DNA of 64,000 bases, taken from NCBI RefSeq assembly GCF_036588685.1, contig NC_086375.1, positions 38,130,001 through 38,194,000 of the forward strand, in the 5' to 3' direction. The notes under the pieces are model-generated. The model saw nothing but the letters and a program-made list of their open reading frames with translations, ran no database searches and was not told where the DNA came from. Source of the stretch: Mytilus trossulus (taxonomy: Eukaryota). The translations under genes and the position numbers were made by a program. Below, piece after piece: positions 44,618 to 59,400 of this stretch. The stretch's first letter is position 1. Every line of letters starts with the position of its first letter.

Positions 44618-47497
44618 TATAATCTGTATATTCAATATTTTTCTAGCGTGCTTCAAAATTCACTTAAAAGTATAAATACGGCGGTTTTAAAGTCGAGTTA
44701 GTCAACCATAAACTTAATACGTCTATTATAAAGAACACAATGAATACGACACTGCCTCCAAGTTGTAAAATTTATACACCCTATTATTAGTATAGATTAA
44801 TTCAGTATATGCAGTATCACAAATATGTAAGAGTTGTAAAAATTTGATTAGCATAAGCAAGTACAAGCTGTTTATAGCCCAACTTGATAAGTAATCTAGT
44901 TAACCAGTCAAAAAGTATTAGTTATCTAGTTCAAAAAGTATTTTCAATTTATCAAGTTCTGTTGAGCTCCTGACAAACATGAAAATGGTATATTAATATT
45001 AAACATGCAATTTTGTTATTTTTGTCTCGCATCCTTTACACTGAAGATTTGTTGCTCAAAGTTAAACTTTTTCGGTTTCACTCTACCGTCTAGAGACGAA
45101 AAGAGACCAATCAGTTAATTCGTTGTTAGAATGCTGTACGTATTACAAATTTTTAATAAACATAATAGTGCCAGTAAAATTGGTTTGCCTATTGAGTTCC
45201 TAGTTTCGTGTTAATCTGAATTTGATAAATTTAAATTATTTTTTATACGCTTCACTTAACTTTGTCAACATTGTCTTAAGGGTCTTTAAAATTATACCAG
45301 ATGACATTGCGAGTAGAAGCTAGGTTTTACTGAAATAATTTTATTGAATTTCGCTCTTCGTCATGCGATTTTCTTCTTTCAACAACTCAACTCAGAAGTT
45401 GATGAGCAAGGGGGAATAACAGGTTGCATGTAGATGGATAAAAAGTATTTCGAATAAATAATGCATTTATTAAAGTTATGTTTCTGAGCTTGTTTTGGCT
45501 TTTTTGTTGTTGTTGAAAGTTATAGATTTCCAAATATTGTGTTGTCCATCTTCGTATTTGTCTGACTAACTTAGACAATTTAAATTCTTTTTTACGCTAC
45601 ACAAAACTTTTGCCAACAATGTCTTATGGTTCGCTTGGAAGTTGTCTTACAAATTATAACCGACGGTTCTGTCGTCATGCATTGCGAAGTGTAGACATGT
45701 TTTATTGAAGGAACTTTGTTCAATTTTGCTCCGAAATAAACAACTGTCGTAAGATTCAAAGATTTTTATGCTATAACTATAAATTCATTAATTACTTTCA
45801 CAGTTGGAGATAATCGCCGTTACTGCAAGCTATAGCTAGTCAGTCAAAGCTAATTCCGGCTAATAATTTAACCAGGTTTCCCCAGACTGTCAAAACAGTT
45901 ACGAATCAAACTGTGCTAAGGAGTTTGTAAACATTTATTCATACATTTCATTGCCGTTTATCTTTCTTTGAAAAAAAGAGTGTCCCCTGTATCATTTGTG
46001 TGTTGAGTTCATGCTTATGCAGATAATTATCTTCAAAACCTTGAGCTATTGCTAATACCGAAAATACATGTTGATTGTGAAATTCAAAAATGTACTAAAT
46101 TGTATCATGCTAAGATAAAACAAGAAGTTAGTAGTAATTTGGGTATATTTGTTTTAAAAATCTTGCGTGACAACAGGTTACAAACCTACACATTTGGGAC
46201 TTGAAAAATTGTGAGAAGCAAGAAAGCGTTCTTCGTATATATTTCATACTTCTTTTATGTTCCATTGGCAAAGCAAATACTGCTTTTCGGTAATATCCAC
46301 CAAAACTCTCATTGGTTGAAATGACGGAAGGCAACGCACCACCGATCAGTAAAACGCAAACGTTCCGACATGATATATATATCTAACGTCGAAACGTCAT
46401 AAACCTCTCTAGCAACCTTGTATCAGATTAGAACGTTGTTTATAACAGTGGATTCACGAGCTTTCGACAGTGGTTCTGTCAACTATTTTGTTGTCATAGC
46501 AAACCTAATGATGATTTTGACAATTGAATATAACTATTTTTGTTCTTTATTTATTTGTTTGTATTATTATTCAAATCTATTTTTGTTTATTTTTAGATTT
46601 ATTCAAATAGTTAGTAAGTATTCAAAATTTGAACATCATTATGTGATAATGATGTAGAAGAAAGTATATTTACTGAATGTATAAGTGTAAACGACATCGA
46701 GTACTAGAACATAATTTTTAACGCAGACCAGCGTTTCTTTCTTGGCGTTCAAGTCTCATATACTTTCATAAATGAAAAAAAATTATAAACCGCCTAAAAC
46801 AGGACCGCTTCTGTCAACCGGATGACAAAATGAGGTCAGTTACTACCGGAACCCTTTCTGTTACAATTTCCCACATTCAAGTGGCATAATTGCAGCATTG
46901 ATAATGTAATGTTTGATGCTATTAAACTTGAACAAAAATGCTTCTTTAAAAGAAAGATGAGTGTTACAAAATTGATATTAAAAGTCGTAAACAAACTGAC
47001 AATGCAAGGCAAAAAGCGAAATTTTGACCTAAAACAAACTAAATAGTATACACAGCACAACATGGAAAACTTAAGATTGAGCATCTTGAATCAAACAAAA
47101 AAAATCCGGGATTTTTTATATTTAAGTACTTCTACCGAAAAGAAAGAGAACATGTCCGAATAAGGGAACTTGGTATTGCAATGCCATATGGTTGCAATGA
47201 TAACATCTAAGAAACAGAAAGTTTAGATCGCCGTCTGGGAGCTTTGAGGAAATTCTTTCGCATCTTGATCATCCGGTAGATTTTGGATACATTAGAACTA
47301 TTCCCTTTTCACGGCTTGATTTAAAAAAAAAATTTGAATGAATATGCATAAATACTAATTTATATGGTGTACCATTTGGTTCAAGAGGTCACGGTGAATT
47401 TATCGGTTAACCGATAATTATATACCGGTTTACCGCAATTTTTATCGATTAATCGCTATTTATAAATCGGTTAATCACTACCAATATATATGTTGGT

Positions 47498-47996
47498 TAA
47501 GAAATAATTCCTTCATGTCATGCTCTATGCTCATTTTAACATGGGTAGGCATTATATTTGTCGATTTTTTACACTGAGCGTTAGCGAGGTGTAAAATGTG
47601 GTCAAATATAATGCCTATCCATGTTAAAATGAGAATAGAGCATGACATGAACGAAATATTTCGATTCTAATTGGACAAATACAGCATTTTTATAGGTCGA
47701 AGCGTACGAAATTACCGTAAAAATGTTTGGCTGTTCCCGTTTCGTCCTCGAGGAGTCTGTGCATTGCATTTAATATTTGATTTAGTTTAAAAGCTACGAG
47801 CAGGGTAAATATATGTTGTTTCATAAAAATATATAATAAAAGTTTATGTTAGCTTCTTAAATGTATATATTTTAAAGATCTTTAAAGGATAATGATGGAA
47901 ATAACATTAATATAAACAGTAAGTTCGCGCGCATGTGTCAAACATATTTTGTGTTCAAGCGTAATAAGGACGTCATATTAGAATCGCTATTTCTTA
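47498..47996. mobile_element. Non-autonomous element with a long left hairpin and split inverted repeats
   Basis: Hairpin ~47512-47651 with GAGCGTTAGCGAG at the loop. Terminal IR TAAGAAATA/TATTTCTTA. Internal CGATTCTAAT pairs with subterminal ATTAGAATCG. Confidence 0.65.
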
Positions 47997-50406
47997 TTGT
48001 TTATCACTTCTAATTTATCGTCTATGCAAACAACTAATTATTAGAAATAAGTTTATAAAGTGATTGATGGGTGGGGAAGTATATCGCTAAAACCGAGTTG
48101 AATTGCATACTTCTCCCATGTTAGTCAATTATTCCCATCCAACTTACAGAATTGTTTGACGAATGACCTCATGTATATTTCGAGTTTTGAGCACGTGGCA
48201 ACTATTATAGTACATTTATACACCATATATTGCACATCAGCAATCTTTATTCTGACTATCTATGACAAAACGTATATCTTTGCACGATGGAAATAAACAC
48301 CCTGCTGTGCTCTCCTTTTTTTTTACATTTACGCCGACATAACCACGCGATAGATGTTTTCCTGATGGTACAATTTACCCCGTCATTAATTTATTCATAA
48401 ATATCATAATTCTAGATCAATTTGTGAATTATTATTTGGTTTGTACAATCTTTTTCTAAAACATGGGGGGATAGAATGCACTGTTTTTTGTTGAGTTTTT
48501 TTTGGCATTCTAAGCATTGTAAACGTTTCCAAAAGAGACCAAATGACACAGAAATTAACGTCCGCCCTTCAACAATGAGAAAAGCTCATACTGCATAGTC
48601 AGCTATAAAAGGGTTCGAAACGACAAATGTAAAAAAGTTCAAACGAGAAAACGAACGACCCTATTCATGTACATTAATGAACATAAAACAAAAATGTAAC
48701 ACAGCAACAAACGGCAACCACTGAATAACAGGCTCCTAACTTGGGACAGACAGAAACAGAATGTCACACAGTGTGAGGTTAAACTAGAAAAAAATTGCAG
48801 AATATTTCTAAATAGCTATTTTCTTGAGTTAATATCACTTGTATTTTTAAGAAGCGGTTTTTTGTTTAGATAAATGACATTTTACAATTACACGAAAACC
48901 GCGCGAATCCTTAATGTGATGATATATTAATAAAAACCGAAACAGTTCAAGAACTATATGACTAAAAAGACAACTTAAGAAAGTTTTGTTATAAATCACG
49001 TCAGTGCCGAATAACTGACTACTGAACTAATGTTAGACTCATGATGCCTCGGGCAACTGGGTCCGGTCAACTCGGATAGTATGGACTAAAACGGATGGAA
49101 CTTGAATATAAAACATCAAACATTATGTAAATTTTATACGTCCAAAGTTCTTTTCTGATGATCATGATCTACCTTCACCGGTATTAAAAACAGACATTCA
49201 ATCTATGTTCGTCTTTTAACTGACTCAAAATGCAGGCCGGCTTTGAGTTAAGGTTCATCATAACAAATGAACAAATATGGCCGTATTTTTACCTCAAAAA
49301 CTACTCTGTGTACAGACTTACCTGTGCTGTTTGAAAAGTTGTAATGCCTAGCATCCACTAGTCATATAAAGATTAAATGCATTTTGTGTTTAAGAAAGAT
49401 AAAATCTTTCTTGGTTTTTGCTGGGCATTTTTTTTTCCTTTCTTCAGAAGGTGTAAAAATAAACAAACACCTGCATTACTTTGATACTGTCCACTCACTG
49501 ACTCAGATAAACTCTTTAACTCTTTAAGTCTGTACTCAGAATAATTTTTGGCATGTAAATACAGCCATATTTGTCCGTTTGTTAGTGCGAGTGAAGCATA
49601 AAAAAAGAACAAACTCAAATGTTTATTCATCGGTTTACACTTTTCATATTTGGTTGGAAGGATATAAAACAAATGGACTATACAACGCTGGAAGTTTGAA
49701 AGGGCAGACTTAGAGCAGAATTTTTCACCGGAACTAGATCATATACCAAGTTGGCGGCCTGCCCGCTGATAAACAGCTTAAATACTTCAGTCTTAAGATA
49801 ATTAAATGTCTGTAAACAATTCTATAAGTATATGTATACATAATGATAATGATGATGTATAGGGTGTCCTTGATTTCCACTTCTGTTATCCAACTCCCAC
49901 CCGGGCTCCCTCCGTGCCCTACCCAGTACTACAAATCCGCACGATGAGTCACTCCCCTAATCCTTCTTCTTGCAAGTTACGGGACCGATTCTGCTTTGAA
50001 TTTTCCTTGGATTTCGGTATTTTTGTTATCATGTTATCTAGGATTCCCTACCACCTTACTTCATGATGAAATTTCGTCAAATAAAAAAAACCTATTCAGT
50101 TGAACTACCCTCTTCTCCCAGTTCACTCCCTTCCCTCCCCTCATTCCCATGTCCCCTTATCCCTCATATATACTGCATAGTGATACTGAATTGACGTTTA
50201 CTAAATGATGTGATGTATAACTTTTATATCAAACACAAAGAAGGGGCAGAATGGGGGGAAAACGAAAAGATTGTGTTCCGTATTTATCCAGTCTACGTCC
50301 GTATGATGATGTGACCTTTAGATATTCCTAACCTATTTTCATTGGTTTCTCTCCCTCTTCCTTGTATTCCCCTGCCTCAACAAATCTCGATCATTAACTA
50401 ACCGAA

Positions 50407-53400
50407 ATGATGTACAGGCGATACTGTTTGCACAAATTAACATACTTCTTTAAACATTTTAAACGTTTGAAGTCGTCCGCAACAAAGCCAGGTCTTAAGG
50501 ATGAACCAATGCAAAATATCAGAAATATTGGCATTATGGCACACATCAATGCCGGAAAAACAACAACATCAGAGAGAATGTTATTTTACTCTGGATTCAC
50601 AAGGCATATTGGTAACAATTATCTACACTTTTAATTCTTATGCATTTTGTACGCAAGGTGTTTTCAAAAAAAATGTGACAGAAATTCAAAGTCAAATGGA
50701 ACGACAGATCACAGTGTCCGACTGTCTCAGTGTCTGACATTGAACAAATAGACCACTTTCGAGTTCATCTGTTAGCGGAAAAATTTCGTCAATTATATGC
50801 GCCTTTATGACGTCATTTACCAGATAGAGGGGGGTCGCATGTATCCCTGCACTATTTACGTTCATCAAGCGTCTTAGTGATTGTCATTGTGCAGGATAAA
50901 CTAGAAATAATGTACTTAAAATGCTTAATGACAATTCCCTAATGACAGCTATGCTGATTGCCAATTTTGAGAATTCAATTTGCTGATAATGCGTACAATA
51001 TAGATTTATAGTTTTCCAACCACTCGCTCAACATTGGATTGGAAGTGACGACGCCCCTAAACACACAAATGACGTTCACTTAAGGTAAAGGAACAGTAAA
51101 TGGGCTATGTCGCAAATTTTGCTACAAAATTGCATACAACCTTGGCTCGTTGAACTACAACTGAAAATCGAAAAAATAATACATTTATCTCTTTTATTTG
51201 CTGAAAAGTTGCAGATTGATTTCTCTTAATATGGGTGAACATTTGTATAGAAAGCACATAAAATCGGCGAAAAACCTTCTGAAATTTGTCTTAAAATCGC
51301 CAAATCTCTAATTCTACTCCATAGATTTTTCTTAAAAAACTATATATTGTTGACACATAAATTTCTGTTTTAATGATATAAAATAATCATAGGGTCACCG
51401 ACTTCGTTTTTGATCTAATAATCAATTTGTTACCTTATTGATAGTGAAAAACGTCAAAAATCAACGTTTTACGGCCTGCAACGCGATAACGTTACGATTA
51501 TTTCGACGTTTTGTTGGATTTTTTCACAAAGAACGCAACTTTGAATGATGTATACTGTAAGAACGAAGTCGGTGACCCTATCTTTATTTTACATCATTAG
51601 TATCAACAACATTTAGTTTTTTAAGAAAAATCTATGGAGTAGAATTAGAGTTGGCGATTTTAAGACAAAATTTAGAAGGGTTTTCGCCGATTTTATGTGC
51701 TTTCTATACAAATGTTCACCCATTTTGTAAGAATTCAATCAGTAATATTTCAAATGATTATTGAGATAAATGCATTATTATTTCGATTTTCAGTTGAAGT
51801 TCATCGAGCCAGAGCTGTATGCCAAATTTTAATGAAATCGAAGACATAGCCCATTTACTGTAACTTGACCTTAAACCAGAGTTTTTGACGGAAATACATG
51901 GAACTCGAAAGTTGTCTATTAATTTTTGCTGAAGAAGATAGGTAGATCATAGATGTCAAATTATACAATATACCAATCTCTAGATTACCCTGAGTCATGA
52001 AAAGTAGTGAATAAATTTTTAATACACTCCCAGACTATCAAAGATTTTCCTAACTGCGGAAATAGCTCATAGGTCCTAATGTTATTTTTTGACTATTTGC
52101 GGATCTACATATATGGTCCACAAATAGTCAAAATTAATAACGAAAGAACCTATGAGCTACAGTTCAGCAGCTAAAATCTACCTTCAACATTAAATTATCA
52201 AAAATGTCACAAAACATAATATTTCAGTTCAACCTGGGAGGTAATCCAATTAATTATGGCGTTTTGAAAGGCTATTCTATTTTACTTGTTTTGACCCCTT
52301 ACTTAGTAAGAATCAACAAGGCATCATTTAGCAAAAAAAATAAAAAAGCCATTCAAGACATCATAATTATTTGGACTACATGGGAGACAGGACCTTACAT
52401 GTAGAACTAATACAGTCTGACAGGGGTACTTCTTGTGGGCAGTGGTTTGATTCCGGCAGTGTGCAGTGAAGAAAATTCCAGTTGATGTTTTATCCACCAA
52501 CAAAGATTCACTAGGTTTTTCTATCCTGGTCCAGTGTAAAACATCCACCAGTCATTATAAGGTTTTAAAAAGGTTTTTTTTTGAAGGGGAAATTTATACA
52601 TATAAAAATGTGGTCTAATAGTTTTTAGTGTATTTGAAACTTGCATAGATGATTTATGTAAAAAGTGGAGAGTTTTCAATTCAAGGAAAACTGGAATGTT
52701 CACACTAGTGTTTTTAAACCAGGAATGATTACGCTAGTGATTTTGTACTAGATTAATGATTGCACTAGTCATGCTAGTTATTTTAGACCTGGATTAATTA
52801 CACTTGTGCTTTAGAGCCATACATTGGTGAACAGAGATTAGTACTCATTTTGAACACACGATAACACAATAATGCTTATTAACAAATAAGAGTTAAACAT
52901 TTTTTGTATGCAAATCCATAAAATCATATGCTTTAAAATTGTCACTTATCATGCATGCTAATTGTAATATTTATATTTATTGGAATGCCCAAGTTTTTCT
53001 GTGTATTTGCTTTTCGGTCTACTTGGATATTGAAATCATATCTTCTATGTCAATATTAAAAGATGCTTCTATAATTGAAAATTTATGTAAAAACAAATCT
53101 GCTCTTTGAATTTGCTTCATATCAACATGATCAAGCTCAATGTCCTGATCATTTATCATGTTGATACAGTATTTTGAGTTATACAAAAATCCTCCTCATC
53201 ATCATCAATATTATTTACTAGATTGACTCAGTTTTAAAATATACACCTAATTAGATTATCATAAAATATTTTTGTATCTGCTTTTTGTAGGTAATGTTGA
53301 TGATGGAGATACTGTGATGGACTACATGGAACAGGAGAGAAATCGTGGAATGACAATATCATCAGCAGCAATCACACTTCATTGGAAAAAACACAAAATA

Positions 53401-56400
53401 AACCTTATAGATACACCAGGTCTGGTTATATTTAAATAAACAATGTATATTCAATTGATCTTATGCATAAACAATAATTCCACTGCAACATTCCAAGCAA
53501 AAATGTATTTTGTGACATGTCACCATTTCACCTCAAATTGTTCTTTCCATTTATCTACAGTAATTGATGGAAATTGACTGAAGAGGTCACAGCATAAGAA
53601 GATTCAAACACATATATTGTAACTGTTGTTCTGACATGAACTGAACTGCATAACTTGTATAATGGTTTATAGCAGATATTTATATCAATTTGTAACATTA
53701 AAGTATAAAGATTTACCATACTAAATTAAAAGTTAAAATAAAATTGAGAATGGAAATGGGGAATGTGTAAAAGAGACAACAACCCGACCATAGAAAAAAC
53801 AACAGCAGAAGGTCATCAACAGGTCTTCAATGTAGCGAGAAATTCCCGCACCAGGAGGCGTGCATTTATTGAAATATGTAAATTTAAAGAAGTTAGTGTT
53901 TTATATGAATCAAGATGAAAATGCATATATTATAGTTTTCCTCAGTATTCAGCTAATTAGTTCTCTTACAATATTAAAAGTGTGTCAAGAACAGTGGACT
54001 AAAATATTGTCTTGTTTTGCCTGCATATTTGATCTGCTAAATAAGAGGAAAGAGAATATTCTGAAATACAATTTGGGCAGCAGAAATTAAAAAAATAACC
54101 CAGATGTGTATAATTTCAGGTCACGTAGATTTTACAGTAGAAGTTGAAAGAAGCCTTAGAGTTTTGGATGGAGCTGTGACAATTATTGATGCTTCTGCTG
54201 GTAAGATAAATGTGAAAAGAGGACATGTGGAGTACAAATTAAACCTCAAAAATCTTATAATCTATGCTACTGAAGGAAGAGACAGATTTCATTGAGCCAC
54301 AATGTATAAACACTTTAAGAAACACAAACACTCATTATTTACCAAGTCCTCTAAAAAAAACAAAGTCTGAAATATTTGTGATATGATGTATAGATGCAGT
54401 GTTTTGTATTTCCTAAATTTGTCTTTGAAACAATCTTTTTCCTGAGAAAAAAACCAATTTTTTAGAAAATACCCAAATTTGGATAACCCTTATTGATCTG
54501 TGTGTTATATATACTTTTGTGCACGCTTAACAATGTACTTCCCCACTGGCCACAACTCGGCCCAAAGCAAACTTCCATCACTCAAACACTTTCACTAAAT
54601 ATTACAACTTGAATAACTTTATTAAACTTGGATCACTTTAAACTTATAACAAACTTGGAGAAACATGTTTATAAATAAGATTGTTTTCTTCTTCTCTTAG
54701 TTAATCCTTTCTCGGAGCACCCAGTCAAATAGACAGAACTCACAACACTGGAAAAAAACTACTTAGTCCCACCACTGAAGAAATGGTTTAAATCGTCAGC
54801 GAGTTCTAGATTGTCTTCTTATTCTCTGAGTTATTTCCTCAATTCTTGGAGCACCTGTATCACACAGAGACAGAACTTGACTCACACCTTTCTAAAACAT
54901 AAGAAATATTACAAACTAGCACCTATGAGAAAAGTTTAAATGGTCTGAAAGTTTTAGATTGTCTTCTTCTCTGAGTTATGTATTCTGTTCTAGGAGCACA
55001 TGTGCAACATCAAGACAAGAGCTAGTAATTTGACATTCAAACTCATTGGAAGAAGAACTGACAAACTAGTAAAAATAATCAACATAATGCGTTAGTGCAT
55101 AAAAACAAATCCAAGCTGTGTATCATCATAATCATTTCAATTAGTCTTCAAGCTGCCCTTGCGCATTTTTTTTTCTAGTTTAATTAATATAAGCAATCCT
55201 ACCACATCTTTTTATTTTTATATCGATTAGTTTCCTCTTCTAATCAGCTTATTGGGATTGTTGGTTAACAGCTCCTAATTGTGTTCTGCAAAAGGTTCTA
55301 AGAGACATGAGTTCATAATGAAATCTATTATGAGTCAGTTTTTACCAAATTTATAGGGGGTTGGGGGACAAACTGTCATATAAGATTTAGATCCTATAAT
55401 TGAAAAGTATGAAGGATAGAAAAATACCAATTATTTCTTTCTGTGTTTTTTTTGGACAGGAGTTGAAGCTCAAACTTTAACAGTATGGAGTCAAGCTAAC
55501 AGGTACAAAGTACCTAGCATTGTCTTCTTGAATAAAATGGACAAACCAAAAGCTGATGTTGAGAAATGTTTAAAATCAATTCAAGACAAACTGAAAATAA
55601 AACCTCTACTTGTCAACTTTCCTATAGTTGATGGTAACAGAGTTACAGACATTATTGATATTATAAAAATGCAAAAAATTACATATGACTTTGAAAGGAG
55701 TTCTGAAGGTCAAATGTTCTGTATAGAAGATTTGGATTCTAAATCTGATCCAGAACTTTGGGAAATAGCATCAAAATTTAGAAACAATTTAATTGGAAGT
55801 TTATCAGATTACTGTGAAAATATAGCAGATCGTGTTATAACAGACAGTGCCATTACAGCCGAGGACATCGATTTAGCTTTGAGAAATGCCACCATCGGCA
55901 GACATATTGTTCCCGTACTATGTGGTTCATCACTAAAAAATGCTGGAGTGCAGCCATTGATAGATGCTGTTACTCATTATTTACCTAGTCCTCTAGAAAA
56001 AACAATGGATTTGGTTCAGTTCTATGAGACAGACTTATGTGCCTATGCATTTAAAATCATACATGATAAACACAGGGGACCACTAACATTTCTTAGATTG
56101 TATTCTGGTGTAATGAACTTAGGTGAGATCTATAATGTGAATAAGAATATTAGAGAGAAACCATCAAGGCTGATTCAAGTATACTCTAATGAATATCATG
56201 ATGTCAACACAGCCACTGCTGGAAACATCATCTGTGTAGCAGGACTCAAGAAGGTATATTTATATTTAGGCCTAGAATATATTTGTTATATAAAAAAGAA
56301 GATGTGGTATGATGGCCAATGAGACAACTGTCCACAACATGCACAAGAGACCAAAATGACACAGACATTGAAAACTATAGGACACAGTAGGGCCTTCAAC

Positions 56401-59400
56401 ATTGAGCAAAGCCCACACCACATAGTCAGCTATAAAAGACCCTAATATGACAATGTAAAACAAGAAAACTAACGGCCTTATTTAAAAAAAAAATGTTAAT
56501 TTAGGTACCAAATCCTATAAAAATTTTACACTAATAAACTACTTATAACCAGTAAGGACATTATTATTACGGGTATGGAGCAGAAGTGAAAACTGTAAAA
56601 TATCCTAGCCACTCTATGACTTTTTAATCACCTAAATTATGACTTATCATAATCTGCCACAAATGTTGAAAAATTTCAGACCTTGTACTTAATTGAAATC
56701 TTACAATTTGCCAATATGTTAAAAAAATAAAAAGATTTGAAGTTATTGAAAGGGACCAATCATCACTAGGTTTTGTCATGTTTTTATAAAAAAACCAGTA
56801 TATTTTTAGACCCAGACTGGTGACACTCTTACAGCAAGCAAGGCTACAGCAGAGATGGCAGCTAAAAACCTCCATCATCATCGTAAACTACAAGGATTGA
56901 CAGAACATGATCCTGATGAGATTCCAGTCCTTGGTGGTATCAATATACACCCTCCAGTGTTCCTGTGTTCTGTTGAATCAGAATCTCCTTCAGTACAGAG
57001 AAAGTTAGATTTAGCTTTGGAATGTCTTAAGAGAGAGGACCCCAGTCTCATGGTAGAGTATCTCTATAGTTATTTTGTATACTATATATATCACTCAAAT
57101 ATACAGGTATTGCTAATTAAGAAGTGATTTGAGAGGTTCTTATTATTGGAGATATTGTGATGGGATAAGTATTAGCTAGTTAAAAACTATAATCACAATA
57201 TTTGTATGCCATATTTACTGAAATTTTATCAATTAATCTTGCACTTTTTGTAAGTTGATCAACAGTTGCTATGGATAATTCCTTAATTTATCTGACTGAT
57301 TTAAAAATGGAGACAACAGAGTTTGCATTGTAATATAATAAACCAAACAAAAGTTGTCACTTAAGGGGGCTCGCAGGTATAAATCAATTTTTTTTTCTAA
57401 TATAAGATTTCGCTATATTTTTCTATAAATGAATGTTATCATATACTTAATAGATAATTGAAATAAAAAAATGGGGTCACCGTTCATTTAAGCTCACAAG
57501 CTGCCTTCGAAAGAAGCATACATTTTTGTTATTGTCCTTTTTTTCTGTTGAACTAATAGGAGAAAAAGAGGTAATACATTGTAATATCGAAATAAAAAAA
57601 GAACTAAATTACAGAAATCGCTTAAATTTTACAATTACTTAATTTATGTACAGCTTTTTTGAAAACAATAATAAAAAATATAGGTCACCGATGAGTTTAA
57701 AAGATATTTCAGTTTTAATGCCAAAAAAAGGCATTTTTGCAACAAAGGGAGATAATTGGGAGCGCTTTCAATGATATTAACATTTAAAAAGTCATCTGAG
57801 GCCAAACCTAATCGATTTTTTGGGTTTATTTTTGTACCATATCTTAAAGTAATAACTTATAGTGTGATAAATAAAATTTGTAATGATAAACAAATGTTTA
57901 TTTTTTTGCTAAAATTTTTGTACCCGCGAGCCTCCTTAAAGCCACTAAAATCTTCATTTACATACTCTACAGACACATCAAAAAAATTAATTTGCAACCA
58001 ATAAATTGCCAATTGGTAATTAAAAAATCTTCATATATTATTATCTCCCTTTTTTAAACTATCTAGTTAACTAAAAAAATTATCTTTTAGGTACAAGTAG
58101 ATGAAGAAACAGGTCAGACCATATTAGGAGGCATGGGAGAGCTACACCTAGACATTATAAGACAGAGACTTTTAACAGAGTACAAGTTAGATGTGTATAT
58201 GGGTCCATTACAAGTCGCTTACAGAGAAACTTGTGAAGGAGAATCATCGTGGGAAGAAACAATGGATACAGTGATCAATAATGTTAAACAACATGTGGTC
58301 TTGGGGATGTCTATTCATTTTAGTCTGCAGGAGAAGGAATTCAAACATGTCAAGCTTGTTCAGTCTCGTGAAAATACTCTTGAAAAATTACATAGAAACC
58401 AATTGAAGGCAATTGAAATAGGAATCAAATCTGCATTCAGTTCTGGTATAGTATATTATTTATGGAACAAATGATAAAAATCAATTTTAAAGTTATGATT
58501 GATATTTCTTTAGATTGTTAGGTGTATATTTTACTACACTGTTTCTACACCTTTATCTCTTTTAGAGCTTCTAACCCTATTTTTTTTTATCTTTGTGTTG
58601 TTGGATTTCTGTCACATTTAATACCAAATATTCTTTTTTTTTCATATATATTTATTTTAAAAATGGTTTTCTTACAATGTATTCTATCAATGAAAATTTG
58701 ATATTTCAAATTTTGCACATTTTTGACATGAAAAATAATCATGACAATGAGTATGTGTCTAAACCTACATAGATACTAATTAATTTGAATTGTTATTGCA
58801 AGTAAGGCAGTGATTTAATATGAAAAAAGCTGGTTCTTTGATACAATAATACTTTGATATTTCATTTCAGGTCCAATTTTAAACTTTCCTGTGATAGATG
58901 TTGAAGTCAGTTTGTATAAAGCAGAGATAGGAAGATCTACCACAGAAGCCATGATCACAGCTTGTGCTTCACAATGTGTACACAAAGCATTGAAGGAGGC
59001 CAAAGCTGTTTTGTTAGAACCTATGATGAAAATGGAGGTATGAATTTGTAACCATTTTATTATTGAAATTCAGAAAATGAGTAAAATCAGTTTGCTCAGC
59101 AAATTAAAATTACATTGATAATTACCTCAAGCATTTTTTACTAGTAAATAGATTATGATTATCAAAATAGGAGCCCCATATTTTTTATTGCCCATGATTT
59201 TCTAGCCTTTATATTTAAGCATCCCATTATTCTCTATTCTTTTTTTTCTGCTTTTTATTTTGTAAACTCGAACCAGACCATCCATTATAAATGCATTAAT
59301 CATGTTCATTTATTTGAATTTATATGATAAAAATATAATTGCAGTAAAATATATTGTTACTTCATGTATTACCAGAAATATGGCATGTAAAAAGTGCAAA

